From Candidatus Sumerlaeota bacterium (GTDB taxonomy: Bacteria; Sumerlaeota; Sumerlaeia; SLMS01; JAHLLQ01): 40,802 bases of DNA. Under the pieces are notes generated by a model. The model searched no databases, had not been told where the DNA came from, and worked only from the letters and a program-made list of their open reading frames with translations. The stretch is from assembly GCA_036751885.1 (NCBI GenBank), contig DAIOTT010000001.1, positions 1 to 40,802 of the forward strand, in the 5' to 3' direction. Below, in pieces: positions 8,956 to 16,909 of this stretch (position 1 is its first letter; each line of letters opens with the position of its first letter). Both the position numbers and the translations under genes were made by a program.

Positions 8956-11900
8956 TTTCAAGAGCTGCCTTTGCATTAAAGAGTGAGAAAAGTTCATCCA
9001 ACGTTTTTGCCTGAAGCACATCCTGCGCAAGAATGAGTTGAGCATAAAGCGTATTGATCATATCAGGGGAATACAGAACGGCAATTTCAGAGATCGGCTG
9101 ATTTTGCACAACGTAAAACGGAGTAGTAAAACCCCCGCGAACCGTTACATCCGTTCTAAAAGTTACAAGCCCGTAGGAGATTAAAAAAGATGCAGCCGTT
9201 GGAGGAGTGACACGCAAAAGCGTTAACGCGTTTGAAACCGTTTTTAACTCCAGCGCGGTTGTTACAGCTACAATGAGTTTGCGAATGGAATCGGCTTCCA
9301 AATCATACGTAAAGAGTTCTGCATCTAGTTGTTCCACCGGATTTGTTGCATTACGCTTTAACGGCAAACTGTACTTCCCTAATAAATTTATTGTCTCATT
9401 ATTTTCTTTATCTGGATTATTGTAGGCATTTAAATTAAGTCCCACAAGTTGCACATTACCAGACAACGTATTTCTAATAGAGCTTGGGTACAGCGAAGTG
9501 GTAAGGGACAATGAGCCTTGAAGCACATCCGATATAATCAGGGAAAGATCAATTCCCTCTGTAACACCGTTAGCAAGAAAGATTAATTTAGAAAGAACGA
9601 CCGGGCGCGCGGTTGACTCCACCGTTAACTGTTCGATTGTAAACTTGCCCAATGCTTTTGGAGGTTGAAGAGCAAGGGGCTTTGAAATGCCTAAGGCATA
9701 TTCCGGGCTCCAGCTGCCGTTCAGTCCGCGCATGTTGACTAAATCTGGCATGCGCAAATTAACCTCGGAAGCAGTCAACGTTGGGTTTATATATATTCCC
9801 GATGATTCTGAGGTGCGAAATACCACATCAACAGCTGCATCACCCGTCATGGTATAATCTTCCAACTCGTCCTCCAACGCCGCTAAACGCTGAAAGAATG
9901 AAGCCGTTCCCTGCAGTTGTAAATCGTTTATAAAATCGTTCAGGCTGAAGGAATTCATCAGCGTCGTGAAATCTGCATCATCTTGAATTGGAAGAATTGC
10001 AGATCCGGAAGAGGCGAAGGTGCTGCCAATATTTTCAATGGAAAAGTCCGAAAGTTCCCACGCAATTTCGCCGTTGGGCTTCACCGTGCTTGAAGAGAGT
10101 AAGTTGATATTTTCCAAAGGAAATAAATCGGGAATCGTGATCGAATCAATGGTAGAATTTACATCAACTGTCAGCACATCTTCCGAAAGCGATTGGCGAA
10201 AATTAATTCCTGTTTCACTAATGTTCATTCCGTTATAGGCAATATTCGGAAGCGATGCTTGCAGATTTATCCGTGCTTGTTGTGCTTGAAAAAAACTGCT
10301 CAAGGTGGTGGGCAGCACGCCAGCATATTCGCTTTCAAGGGAAAAACTACCCCCTGTGAATTCAACCAAAAAAGGCTGAAGCGGCGCATTTAAAAATTCT
10401 AATGAACTTGATTTTGCGATGAGGGACAGAGACAATAAGTCCCCATAAATAAGATCATTTACCTGCAGAAGAAACTCACTGCCAACCTTTAGCTCCGCTT
10501 GTTCAAGAGTAACACTTTCAGCAAAAATCAACTCTTGCAATTCCAAAGAGGCGGAATTCACGAGGCCCGTTTCGGTTTCCAAATTCTGAACGGAACCAAC
10601 TTGAAGAAGTGTTTGTATCAGTTCACCTTGTTGAATGCTTGAAAGATTTGCCGACAACGAAACATCGAAAATGCCGAAAGTGTTATAATAGATTTCCGGC
10701 ATACTGATACGCAAAGCCCCCAAAGTTGCGGGTACTGCTTCACTTGAATTAAAGAAATACTCCAAGCCTAAATCAGCCCCCAGAACATTCGCTAAATATT
10801 CTTCAGAGCTTAAATCTGGTAGTTCAAGGCTTACATTCCCTCCTCCGCTGGCTGAATACGAGTCAGCCAAATTAAGAGTGAACGTATTCTGAGATTGCAA
10901 AAATGATTCCGGTGAAACGCTAAGCCGTTCCGGGTACAATTGTTCTGGTGCAAATTCTGTTGCTAAGCTCAACGCACTTGCAACGCTCACCAACAAATCA
11001 AAGGACGATTGAGCTTCTTGAACGGTTGATAGATTAAGGGAGCTTGCAAAAAGTAGGTCGTTGTATAATTCAACCGCGGCAGTTATTTTGGGATCAACCG
11101 GATCTGCAACTCCCTGTAAGGTTGCATTTAGTTGAACGGGGTAGAGGACGGAATTATGCTGCGAGCTGGGCAGTAGTGTATGATTGAGGGACGCGAACGA
11201 TTGGTAGGTAGATAAATTCGTTGTGGCGAATAATTCTCCTTCAAACGAAGCTGGAAGATGCTGTTCAAAATCCATTAAATTTTCAGGGATTATAACAAAT
11301 TCCTTCAGCAACCCAAAGCCCTTAAGGGCAAGATCAACATCCTGATCTTCAGCATTTAAATTCACGGATAAAAACGAATGATTGCTCCTAATATCCAAGA
11401 AAACTTTATGGGCATTTATGGTGTTGGTTTGAAATGAAAATTCCACATTTCCCCGAGGGACATTCACGAACGGGTTTTGCAAATCAATCACCGGGAGGCT
11501 TAAGCGCCCGCGGGCGTTCGCGTGATTTTGGGCGTAATCGAATTCAACATATAGATTCGTCCACTCTTCAAGGCAAACTGGCAAAGCAAAAAACTCATCC
11601 TCAATTAGCTTGGCGGTTTTCTGGGTATTTAACTTACCAATTAAACTCCCGTAGATGGTGGGCCCTAAAGCTGAACCATTCACCTGCGGAAGGCTAACTT
11701 CAAAGTAAGGATGCAAAAGTTGAAAATCCTGCACACCATAAGTTTGTTCTGCCATAAAATAGCGTGCAGTGGCAGATTGCTCAACTGCCAGCAACTCCGC
11801 GGGTAGAGAGAATGAATCGTACACAATCCGCTGATCCGCAAACGTGGATTCCGGCGCGGGAGTAATTGAAAAGTCTTGATTGAATTCAAGTACTCCGTCC

Positions 11901-13204
11901 CTGAAAACAATTTGATTGAGGGAAAACTTTACTTCACTTTCGGGAATTAAAACAAGCGGCAGTGGAACCAGCTTTTGCGCAAAGTTTAGTAATTCCAACG
12001 GCTGAAGCGTTATGCTGGTTTGGGCGTTATCAAGGGCAATTTGTGGCTGGGTTGCAAGTTCTTCAGCGGTTGCTTGTAACGTTGCCCAAGGGCTTTGAAA
12101 CTTGAGTTCGCCCGCAACCATTGCTTGTTTTTGCACATTCACTTCTGCGCGGCTGTTGAAGTTCATCGCCGGCAGCAAAACGGATTTATCTGGGGCATTT
12201 GGTACCAAGCGTGTGGAAAACTCAACGCCCTCAACAGCAGCACTAAGCTCAGCAAGCACAACAACAGAATCAAGTTGCTGTACTGAAAGGCTTACGGGTA
12301 TATTCCCCGATTCAATAATTAAGTAGTCCTGTGCTACAAAGGGAGCTGCTAAGGTTTGTAAAATTGGAAGCTCAAAATTTGTGGTCAACTTTGCATTCCG
12401 TTTTTCTGCATCAGCTGCTAAGTGAAAAAATGAAGTGGTGTTTTCCGTTCGGGAAACGTTGAACTCCGCAACTATTTTTTCGACAACCAATTCGCGCTCT
12501 TTGTTCAAGGCTTTGTTGATGTTCCCTGATGCAACCCAAGGGAATTCCTGATCGTTTGCTTGAATACTCCCTACCGCCGCCAGTGTAAGTGCATCCGCTG
12601 GTGTAGTAAGATTCAAATCAACGGAATCTAATACAAAGGCAAGCCGCTGGTTTTTCACACGATCATCATAAACAAATTCCCAATCAACGGCCTTAACACT
12701 GAAAGAATTTACGGGGAGTTTGAACGCCTCCGTTGAGGTTGTGGGCTCGTCATTCGTGCTACTTGGGGGGAGTGAATTGATTAGCGCCTGAAGATTTGTT
12801 TCGCCGTTTTCCAGAATGGTGTAATTCGCTTGAAGCCCAACAACCTCAAGAGGCGGTGGGTTTTGAATACCATTTTGAAAAAACCCGATTATACTAATCG
12901 GGGCTGATGCAGAATCCAAGGCGAGAATTTGCTCGCCCGTAGCATTGTCTTTTACCAACAGCCCCTCAATTGCAAGGGTGGAAAACCACCCCAGTTTAAG
13001 GCGCTGCAATTCAATCGTCAGAGGAAATTGTTTTTCGGCAAAACCAATTCCACGGCTTACAACAAACCGCGACGTTATGATGCTTGGCAAAATGGCGATG
13101 AACAGAATGAGCCCCAAAAGAATACAAAAAAGGCCAAGCAAAAGACGTTTCTTCCACTTAGCCTTGGTAGACTTTTTTTCGGCTATTTCTGGATTTTTTT
13201 CCAT
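8948..13204 (-). CDS. AsmA-family (TamB/YdbH-like) large envelope protein, inner-membrane anchored
   Basis: 1,418-aa ORF with ATG at 13204. Basic N-terminus followed by a single TM (KKRLLLGLFCILLGLILFIAILPSII). Next comes an AsmA-like start (LTIELQRLKLGWFSTLAIEGLLVKD), then more than 1,300 aa of S/T/N/L-rich sequence with alternating beta-strand character and no Cys. It sits immediately upstream of a DUF1318 gene, as ydbH does in E. coli. The family call is by architecture and context, not by a strict motif. Confidence 0.5.
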   Translation of the reverse strand: MEKNPEIAEKKSTKAKWKKRLLLGLFCILLGLILFIAILPSIITSRFVVSRGIGFAEKQFPLTIELQRLKLGWFSTLAIEGLLVKDNATGEQILALDSASAPISIIGFFQNGIQNPPPLEVVGLQANYTILENGETNLQALINSLPPSSTNDEPTTSTEAFKLPVNSFSVKAVDWEFVYDDRVKNQRLAFVLDSVDLNLTTPADALTLAAVGSIQANDQEFPWVASGNINKALNKERELVVEKIVAEFNVSRTENTTSFFHLAADAEKRNAKLTTNFELPILQTLAAPFVAQDYLIIESGNIPVSLSVQQLDSVVVLAELSAAVEGVEFSTRLVPNAPDKSVLLPAMNFNSRAEVNVQKQAMVAGELKFQSPWATLQATAEELATQPQIALDNAQTSITLQPLELLNFAQKLVPLPLVLIPESEVKFSLNQIVFRDGVLEFNQDFSITPAPESTFADQRIVYDSFSLPAELLAVEQSATARYFMAEQTYGVQDFQLLHPYFEVSLPQVNGSALGPTIYGSLIGKLNTQKTAKLIEDEFFALPVCLEEWTNLYVEFDYAQNHANARGRLSLPVIDLQNPFVNVPRGNVEFSFQTNTINAHKVFLDIRSNHSFLSVNLNAEDQDVDLALKGFGLLKEFVIIPENLMDFEQHLPASFEGELFATTNLSTYQSFASLNHTLLPSSQHNSVLYPVQLNATLQGVADPVDPKITAAVELYNDLLFASSLNLSTVQEAQSSFDLLVSVASALSLATEFAPEQLYPERLSVSPESFLQSQNTFTLNLADSYSASGGGNVSLELPDLSSEEYLANVLGADLGLEYFFNSSEAVPATLGALRISMPEIYYNTFGIFDVSLSANLSSIQQGELIQTLLQVGSVQNLETETGLVNSASLELQELIFAESVTLEQAELKVGSEFLLQVNDLIYGDLLSLSLIAKSSSLEFLNAPLQPFLVEFTGGSFSLESEYAGVLPTTLSSFFQAQQARINLQASLPNIAYNGMNISETGINFRQSLSEDVLTVDVNSTIDSITIPDLFPLENINLLSSSTVKPNGEIAWELSDFSIENIGSTFASSGSAILPIQDDADFTTLMNSFSLNDFINDLQLQGTASFFQRLAALEDELEDYTMTGDAAVDVVFRTSESSGIYINPTLTASEVNLRMPDLVNMRGLNGSWSPEYALGISKPLALQPPKALGKFTIEQLTVESTARPVVLSKLIFLANGVTEGIDLSLIISDVLQGSLSLTTSLYPSSIRNTLSGNVQLVGLNLNAYNNPDKENNETINLLGKYSLPLKRNATNPVEQLDAELFTYDLEADSIRKLIVAVTTALELKTVSNALTLLRVTPPTAASFLISYGLVTFRTDVTVRGGFTTPFYVVQNQPISEIAVLYSPDMINTLYAQLILAQDVLQAKTLDELFSLFNAKAALENE

Positions 13205-13231
13205 CGGCCTTCTGAAGGATTACAAATATTG

Positions 13232-14158
13232 TTAGGGACTCAAACGATTGAGCACATTGGCTTGGTAGCGTGCTTGTTGTTGTACTCCTACACCGACAAA
13301 ATCCTTAAGATCAGTTGCATAAAGAGGTTGCAAATTTCTGATTCGACTTGATGCAGAAGGGTGCGTTGAAAGTAACCCGCCTTGCTGATTAGGAAGGCTG
13401 GCAAGCGTATTCAAAAACCGCAAGTACTCAGCAGGATCGTACCCCGTAAGCGCCGCTAATTGAACACCAACGGAATCAGCCTCGTACTCAAATTTTTGAT
13501 CCAACCCTTTGTTGAACAAAACATCGCTGCCAAAATCTACATCCTGGCTGTACTCCTCAGCGCTTAATGCTTCCAAAGTTTGGTTTGCTGCTTCAAACAA
13601 CCGCGCGCGTTTGTACGTTTGAATCATGTGGCGCTCCGTTACGTGGGCAACTTCGTGCCCAAGCACGGCGGCAAGTTCCGCTTCATTGCTGATTCGCTTC
13701 AGGGCTCCGGTCGTAATAAATAGAAATCCGCCAGGGGCAGCAAACGCGTTGATTGTTTCAGAATCTAGAACGGCAACGGAGAACTGCAAATCCGGACGGC
13801 TGCTTTGTAGCACCACGCTACGAGCAACTAAGTTTACGTAACGTTGTACGGTTTCATCCTGCAGGCGCGGGCCGATTGTTGCGTAAGAGCGCAACGCTAA
13901 GCCTTCACCCAACGTGTATTCCATTTCAGGGGAAACATCGCTTGCTAGGCTTGAAACGGACCCCGCAACATTCCCGTATTGCTTTGCTTTTTCTTCGTCG
14001 CCACTGCCAAGAAGAACGCCCGTTTGTACGATTGTGCCAAGATCAGCGGAGGAAATTCCTGATCCGCCGTTTCCGCCGCAGCTTGCCCCTAAGAACACCA
14101 CGGTTGAAAAAACGGTAAGCACGCCAAGTTGTTGAATTTTACGCATAGAACGATTCAT
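13232..14158 (-). CDS. M48-family zinc metallopeptidase, secreted or lipoprotein
   Basis: Motif NAFAAPGGFLFITTGALKRISNEAELAAVLGHEVAHVTERH contains the HExxH zinc site in typical M48 context. N-terminal signal MRKIQQLGVLTVFSTVVFLGASC. The start ATG shares nt 14158 with the upstream stop (TAATG). Confidence 0.85.
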   Translation of the reverse strand: MNRSMRKIQQLGVLTVFSTVVFLGASCGGNGGSGISSADLGTIVQTGVLLGSGDEEKAKQYGNVAGSVSSLASDVSPEMEYTLGEGLALRSYATIGPRLQDETVQRYVNLVARSVVLQSSRPDLQFSVAVLDSETINAFAAPGGFLFITTGALKRISNEAELAAVLGHEVAHVTERHMIQTYKRARLFEAANQTLEALSAEEYSQDVDFGSDVLFNKGLDQKFEYEADSVGVQLAALTGYDPAEYLRFLNTLASLPNQQGGLLSTHPSASSRIRNLQPLYATDLKDFVGVGVQQQARYQANVLNRLSP

Positions 14159-14637
14159 TACAAACCACCTTCAGCCATAAAGCTTTGAACGTCAGCCGCA
14201 ACAATTTCGTTGGCCAATTCTTGAGTTTTACTGAGGTCTTTCGCCGCCGATTCGGGGATTTCACCGGAATCAATAAGGGTTTGAGCCTGAGGCGCAACAC
14301 CGCGATTCACGGATTGGCTTCTCATGGTAGTGATTTGCCGATCGTCTCGCACTAAACCACCAAGCCCGCCGCTAGAACTTCTTATCGGTGCATCTTGAAC
14401 TTTTACTTTGCTGATGAACCCTTGGGCACCATTGCTTGTGCGCACTTGGTAGAACAACCCTTGTTGTTGAAGCACTGTTAACGGGGTGTTTTGCGGAACC
14501 GTGGCAACAACGGAACCGCCAGAGCCTTGCCGCGAACGTAATTCAGCCTCGGCCGTTTTAACGTAGATAGTTTGCTGTGCCCAGCTTATAGCGGGCAAAA
14601 GTAAAGCAAATAGGGGAATTAAGATGCGTTGTTTCAT
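14158..14637 (-). CDS. Secreted bacterial SH3 (SH3b) domain protein
   Basis: I prefer the ATG at 14637 (MKQRILIPLFALLLPAISWAQQ, a clean signal peptide, with AGGA 11 nt upstream) over the track's TTG at 14673. SH3b-like core: IYVKTAEAELRSRQGSGGSVVATVPQNTPLTVLQQQGLFYQVRTSNGAQGFISKVKV. Confidence 0.65.
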   Translation of the reverse strand: MKQRILIPLFALLLPAISWAQQTIYVKTAEAELRSRQGSGGSVVATVPQNTPLTVLQQQGLFYQVRTSNGAQGFISKVKVQDAPIRSSSGGLGGLVRDDRQITTMRSQSVNRGVAPQAQTLIDSGEIPESAAKDLSKTQELANEIVAADVQSFMAEGGL

Positions 14638-14683
14638 TGTATGTAAATTCCTATTAGAAGAACGATTTAGCAAGTTTGATGAT

Positions 14684-15847
14684 TCAACCGGATGATTTGT
14701 TCCAAGCTTTAAAGATTACACCAGCAATATGACCGCCAAAACCAAAAGACCACTTCAGTATGTGTACAAGGGGTTGGGGTTGTGTCAAACAAGGAAACCG
14801 AAGGTGAGAACATTCCGGCGCGGCCGTAATAAGACCTACGGTTAGTGGTATTTCTTGTCGGTTCAGCATTGAAATCACGGAAACGCTTTCAACGCTGCCG
14901 GCTGCACCCATCAAGTGCCCGGTTGCCCCTTTCAGCGAATGACAATACAGGGAATGCTGATTCCATTTGTTTTGCAAAGATTTAATGGCTGCCGCCTCTG
15001 CGCAATCATTCGCCGGTGTTGCTGTTCCGTGGCAGCTGATTGCCTGAATCAACGGCTTACCGGCTCGCTGCCAAGCCTTCTCGCCCACCGTTGCAATTAC
15101 CTCACCGCTAAGATCAATCCCCACAGGGTGGTAGGCATCCGCTCCCTCTGCCCAGGAAACAATTTCTGCCACAGGCGTTAGCCCAGCTTTCTCGGCGTTT
15201 TCAGGGGTTGTAAGAACTAAAACTGCGGCCCCTTCCCCTGCAACAAACCCGTTATGCCGAACATCAAAGGGGAAAGAACCCTGTTGCGAGTAAGCATTTA
15301 AGTTCAGAAACGAGGCAATATAGGCAGAATGCAATGTTGCCTCGCTGGAACCAGCAACCGCGTAGGCGCATTCACCAGCTTGCACTGAACGTGCGGCCCG
15401 AATGATATTTGCAAGCCCTGTGGCACAAGCCCCAACATAACTCCCCACGGGCCCCTGGGCATTTGTTTCCTGGGCTAAGAAGGTACTAATGGCACAAGCC
15501 CACAGGCTGGGAAAATTTGTGCGTGCTGAACCGGAAATCAACAGCTCCTGAAGAACGCCCCCTTTACTGGTTGCCGCAAAAGCCCCCCGCTCCTGAGGAG
15601 GGATAAAGGCATTCAACGCCTCAAAAACTGAGGCCAGTTCCGCCAAGCAGGGGCGAAGCAGGCTGATTGATCGGTCTTCCCCCGGCACGGTTTGAAAATC
15701 AACCACCCGCGCAACGGGTATACGCTGAAGCCCCTCCATCTGTTCCAAATGAATCCCGCACTTGCCTGCTAGTAATCCCTCTGTGAACAACTCAAATCCC
15801 CTTCCCACCGGGGAAATTACCCCACACCCTGCAATAATAACCCTCAT
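14684..15847 (-). CDS. Beta-ketoacyl-ACP synthase (KAS I/II, FabF/FabB-like)
   Basis: The Cys-His-His triad is in canonical contexts: GACATGLANI (Cys), CHGTATPANDCAE (His), SLKGATGHLMGAAG (His). C-terminal SFGFGGHIAGVIF. ATG at 15847. Confidence 0.85.
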   Translation of the reverse strand: MRVIIAGCGVISPVGRGFELFTEGLLAGKCGIHLEQMEGLQRIPVARVVDFQTVPGEDRSISLLRPCLAELASVFEALNAFIPPQERGAFAATSKGGVLQELLISGSARTNFPSLWACAISTFLAQETNAQGPVGSYVGACATGLANIIRAARSVQAGECAYAVAGSSEATLHSAYIASFLNLNAYSQQGSFPFDVRHNGFVAGEGAAVLVLTTPENAEKAGLTPVAEIVSWAEGADAYHPVGIDLSGEVIATVGEKAWQRAGKPLIQAISCHGTATPANDCAEAAAIKSLQNKWNQHSLYCHSLKGATGHLMGAAGSVESVSVISMLNRQEIPLTVGLITAAPECSHLRFPCLTQPQPLVHILKWSFGFGGHIAGVIFKAWNKSSG

Positions 15848-15975
15848 TTTACTGATTGCTCGATTCTGGTTTTCCTTGCCAATCTAAGCACTCCCCCACG
15901 TAATGTAGGCTTAGAAGCACTTACTAACCCTGTGAATAGTATGTTCAACACCATAACCCCAAAGGGCAACAACTG

Positions 15976-16233
15976 ATGAAAGCAATCAATAAGCTGTTCA
16001 GAAATATTTCCCGCGTTACACGCCGCGCGTTTCTTGGCAGCCTTACCATTACAAGTTTCATTCTTTTCATCCTGATTCTATCCGGAGCGGGAACGTTGCT
16101 ATTTGGTTATCATGTGTTAGATGTTGTTTACAGCGAAGAAGAAGTAACAGCCGTAATCGTGAAACCACGGGAGCCAAAACCCGTTCCCACCATTTATGTT
16201 CCCCCCGCTAAAATTGAATTCCCCATCTATTGA
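15976..16233 (+). CDS. Small single-pass membrane protein, function unknown
   Basis: 85-aa ORF with ATG start. One clear hydrophobic helix (FLGSLTITSFILFILILSGAGTLLFGY) is followed by a Pro-rich tail. It heads the plus-strand gene string. No recognisable motif. Confidence 0.4.
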   Translation: MKAINKLFRNISRVTRRAFLGSLTITSFILFILILSGAGTLLFGYHVLDVVYSEEEVTAVIVKPREPKPVPTIYVPPAKIEFPIY

Positions 16234-16297
16234 TTTTCTGCAATCACTGCTCTTCCTTAGGTGAGTTTTTTTGAGTATCATCCTGATCAGCCGCGAC

Positions 16298-16906
16298 ATG
16301 AAATCCACCCATAGGGGCTCCTTGGAATTGTTGCGGTTTCACGGTGAATACACCACTCATTTGCCCGAAGGCTTGGTTAGAATTGGGGATCAAATCCCCA
16401 CGCTATTCTTCCCCGATGGCGGTCGCCACTGGGTTGTTACCGAGCCCCTAAAAAATGTGATTGAACGAGAATTAGACGGCGTTGAGTTTGAGCCAGCTTT
16501 TTGTAACCGCTTGATTAAAGACCCCGGCGATTTTCACATGGCGTTGGCCCGGGAACGCCACATGCAGGATGAACCCAACCACGGCATACTAGATTTCTTT
16601 CACGATGAAGATTTGTTCCACAAAATTCGGCCCAATCTGTATTGGCTCTATATTCCCCTGTTCGGTACCGGAACCTTCTACCCAGAAGCAACTCAGAAGA
16701 TTGTGGATGAACGCAAGGAAGCAATTTTTGTGGATGAAAAAGCCTATCTTTCCTTTGTAGCCCCGTTCTTAAAACCCAGCATTGTGGAAAGCTCGCCCTT
16801 ATTTATGATTCACTCCAGCCTTGCAATGGCAAATTGGCTTTATGATTGTATGGAACCTTACATTGATAAACTTCACTACCAAGTAACCACACTGCACGGT
16901 GCATAA
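16298..16906 (+). CDS. Hypothetical cytoplasmic protein
   Basis: Open frame 16271-16906. The track start is TTG and the first ATG is at 16298. The stop lies 4 nt before the next gene's ATG. I recognise no motif. Support is length, coding-like composition and tight packing only. Confidence 0.45.
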   Translation: MKSTHRGSLELLRFHGEYTTHLPEGLVRIGDQIPTLFFPDGGRHWVVTEPLKNVIERELDGVEFEPAFCNRLIKDPGDFHMALARERHMQDEPNHGILDFFHDEDLFHKIRPNLYWLYIPLFGTGTFYPEATQKIVDERKEAIFVDEKAYLSFVAPFLKPSIVESSPLFMIHSSLAMANWLYDCMEPYIDKLHYQVTTLHGA

Positions 16907-16909
16907 AGC

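Noticed and set aside
8956-9045. Upstream start (9045) for the DUF1318 gene as listed in the track
   Set aside because: It would overlap the AsmA-like gene by about 100 nt and place 30 non-signal residues ahead of an obvious lipoprotein signal peptide that begins at the ATG at 8955.
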